A stretch of DNA of 64,000 bases from Squalus acanthias. Its lineage: Eukaryota. The position numbers and the translations under genes were made by a program. Shown piece by piece: positions 62,607 through 64,000 of this stretch (position 1 is the first letter of the stretch; each line of letters opens with the position of its first letter). The notes beneath the pieces are model-generated. The model made no database searches and was not told where the DNA came from. It worked only from the letters and a program-made list of their open reading frames with translations. The stretch spans positions 248,001-312,000 of the forward strand of contig JASTWF010000345.1 of NCBI GenBank assembly GCA_030390025.1, read 5' to 3'.

Positions 62607-63085
62607 TTAGGCAGTCCCTCGGAACCGAGGATGACTTGCTTCCACATTAAAAATGAGTTCTCAGGTGACTGATGAGTCCAATGCGGGACCTACAGTCTCT
62701 GTCACAGGTGGGGCAGACGGTGGTTGAAGGGGCGGGAGGGTGGGGTGCTTGGGTTGACGTGCGCTCCTTGTGTTGCTTCTGCTTGCTCCCGGCGAAGAGA
62801 CTCGAGGTGTTCGGCGCCTTCCCGGATGCTTCTCCTCCACTTTGTGCGGTCTTGGGCCAGGGATTCCCAGGTGTCGGTGGGGATGTTGCACTTTTTCAAG
62901 GAGACTTTGAGGGTGTCCTTGAAGCGTTTCCTCTGCCCACCTGGGGCTCTCTTGCTGGTCGGAGCTCCGAGTAGAGCGCTTGTTTTGGGAGTCTCGTATC
63001 GGGCATGCGGATGATGTGACCCGTCCATCGGAGCTGATCGAGCGTGGTCAAAGCTTCGATGCTAGGGATGTTGGCCTGAGCAAGA
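62607..63085 (-). mobile_element. RTE 3' fragment
   Basis: Near-identical to 51790-52283. Confidence 0.92.
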
Positions 63086-63694
63086 CATAACATTTGTGTG
63101 GGACACACTGGATGGACCAAAGACATTTTTTCTTTCCAGACTTCGATGGAAACGAAAATCAGCACCCCCGCAGAAGTTGAATTTACCCCCAGTCAGTTCA
63201 AATTAAATATACATCAGTAATTTTGAACAGGGCAGTCAGGGTAATCCCACCCCAGTATTTTGTACCGTATTTGGTATGTATGATAGGGGGTGGTGGTGTT
63301 CTGACCCAGTAGTGCTCATGATTTACAATGTCACAAACTGATGTATTGTTCCACACACCACTGCTTCCCATTGTATAAACCCTGTATACAATATGAAATA
63401 TTGCAGTGTAATTACTTTTGGGAACAAGTAAGTATTGTTTATGCCACACATAACTTCTTCGTAACTGCAGTGTAAGATTGCCAAAAACAATTTTCCCATA
63501 ATATTTGAGCAGAACTTTCTCATGTTGAATTTTGGGAATTCAGGAGAATGAATGCAAACATAAAAATAATCAGAAAAAGTCCACCTGACCCATGAAAGCT
63601 CATCCCTTTATTGCTATAAATCTCTCATATCCAGCTGTATTTTGAACACCCCCAAAGTGTTTTGTCTCTATTACCTTGTCAGATAGATTTTCTA

Positions 63695-63762
63695 TTATTT
63701 ATTCTGGGGATGTGGGTATTGCTGGCAAGGCCGGCATTTAATGCCCATCCCTAGTTGCCCTG
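63695..63762 (-). repeat. 3' tail of the tRNA-headed LINE family (or of a SINE sharing it)
   Basis: gggatgtgggtattgctggcaaggccggcattta.tgcccatccctagttgccct. Confidence 0.78.
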
Positions 63763-64000
63763 TTTTTTGGTATCAGATATCACGTAATCAGATGTCACGC
63801 GATCAAACCTCCAAGACTAAGTCCAATTAAAGTTGGTAACCCTATATAGTAATGGCGAAGGTGCTATTTAACGTAATGTACAACTGAGCCTACCCCTTCC
63901 GCAATGTGTACTACTGTACCGATTCCAAATGATGTACTGCATATTAAGTAGGTGTGGAGCCCTTTGTTGCAGATCTGCTTGTGATTCTGCTGGCTGCCTA

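Noticed and set aside
1..64000. CRISPR array, operon or prokaryotic defence system
   Set aside because: No regularly spaced repeat-spacer array or prokaryote-like gene density; the content is vertebrate transposon sequence.

Overview
Eukaryotic, repeat-dense genomic DNA, very probably from a cartilaginous fish (inferred from a SacSINE1/DeuSINE-type SINE together with abundant CR1, L2, RTE, Penelope and PIF/Harbinger elements). I recognise no host protein-coding gene, so the window looks intergenic or intronic. Every ORF I could identify is a transposon protein fragment or an antisense shadow of one; the remaining short ORFs are unassigned. Main structures: a CR1 at about 0.6-8 kb carrying three nested insertions; a near full-length CR1 (ORF1 zinc-finger/esterase plus ORF2) at 50.2-56.9 kb interrupted by an RTE; a second nest at 46-49.7 kb; several Harbinger MITEs and decayed Myb/transposase elements; and a probable solo LTR. 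The most unusual object is a 3.4-kb TSD-flanked single-ORF LINE (12090-15509). It starts with a tRNA-like Pol III A/B-box head and its coding strand has no TTTT terminator run, which suggests an autonomous LINE transcribed by Pol III. Also notable: Penelope-derived fold-back mini-elements with paired minimal hammerhead ribozymes, a Harbinger MITE family with three tandem palindromes and clustered splice signals, and a bipartite RTE encoding an in-frame 70-aa mini-protein. All calls are from reading the sequence by eye; no database searches were run, and boundaries without a TSD are approximate.
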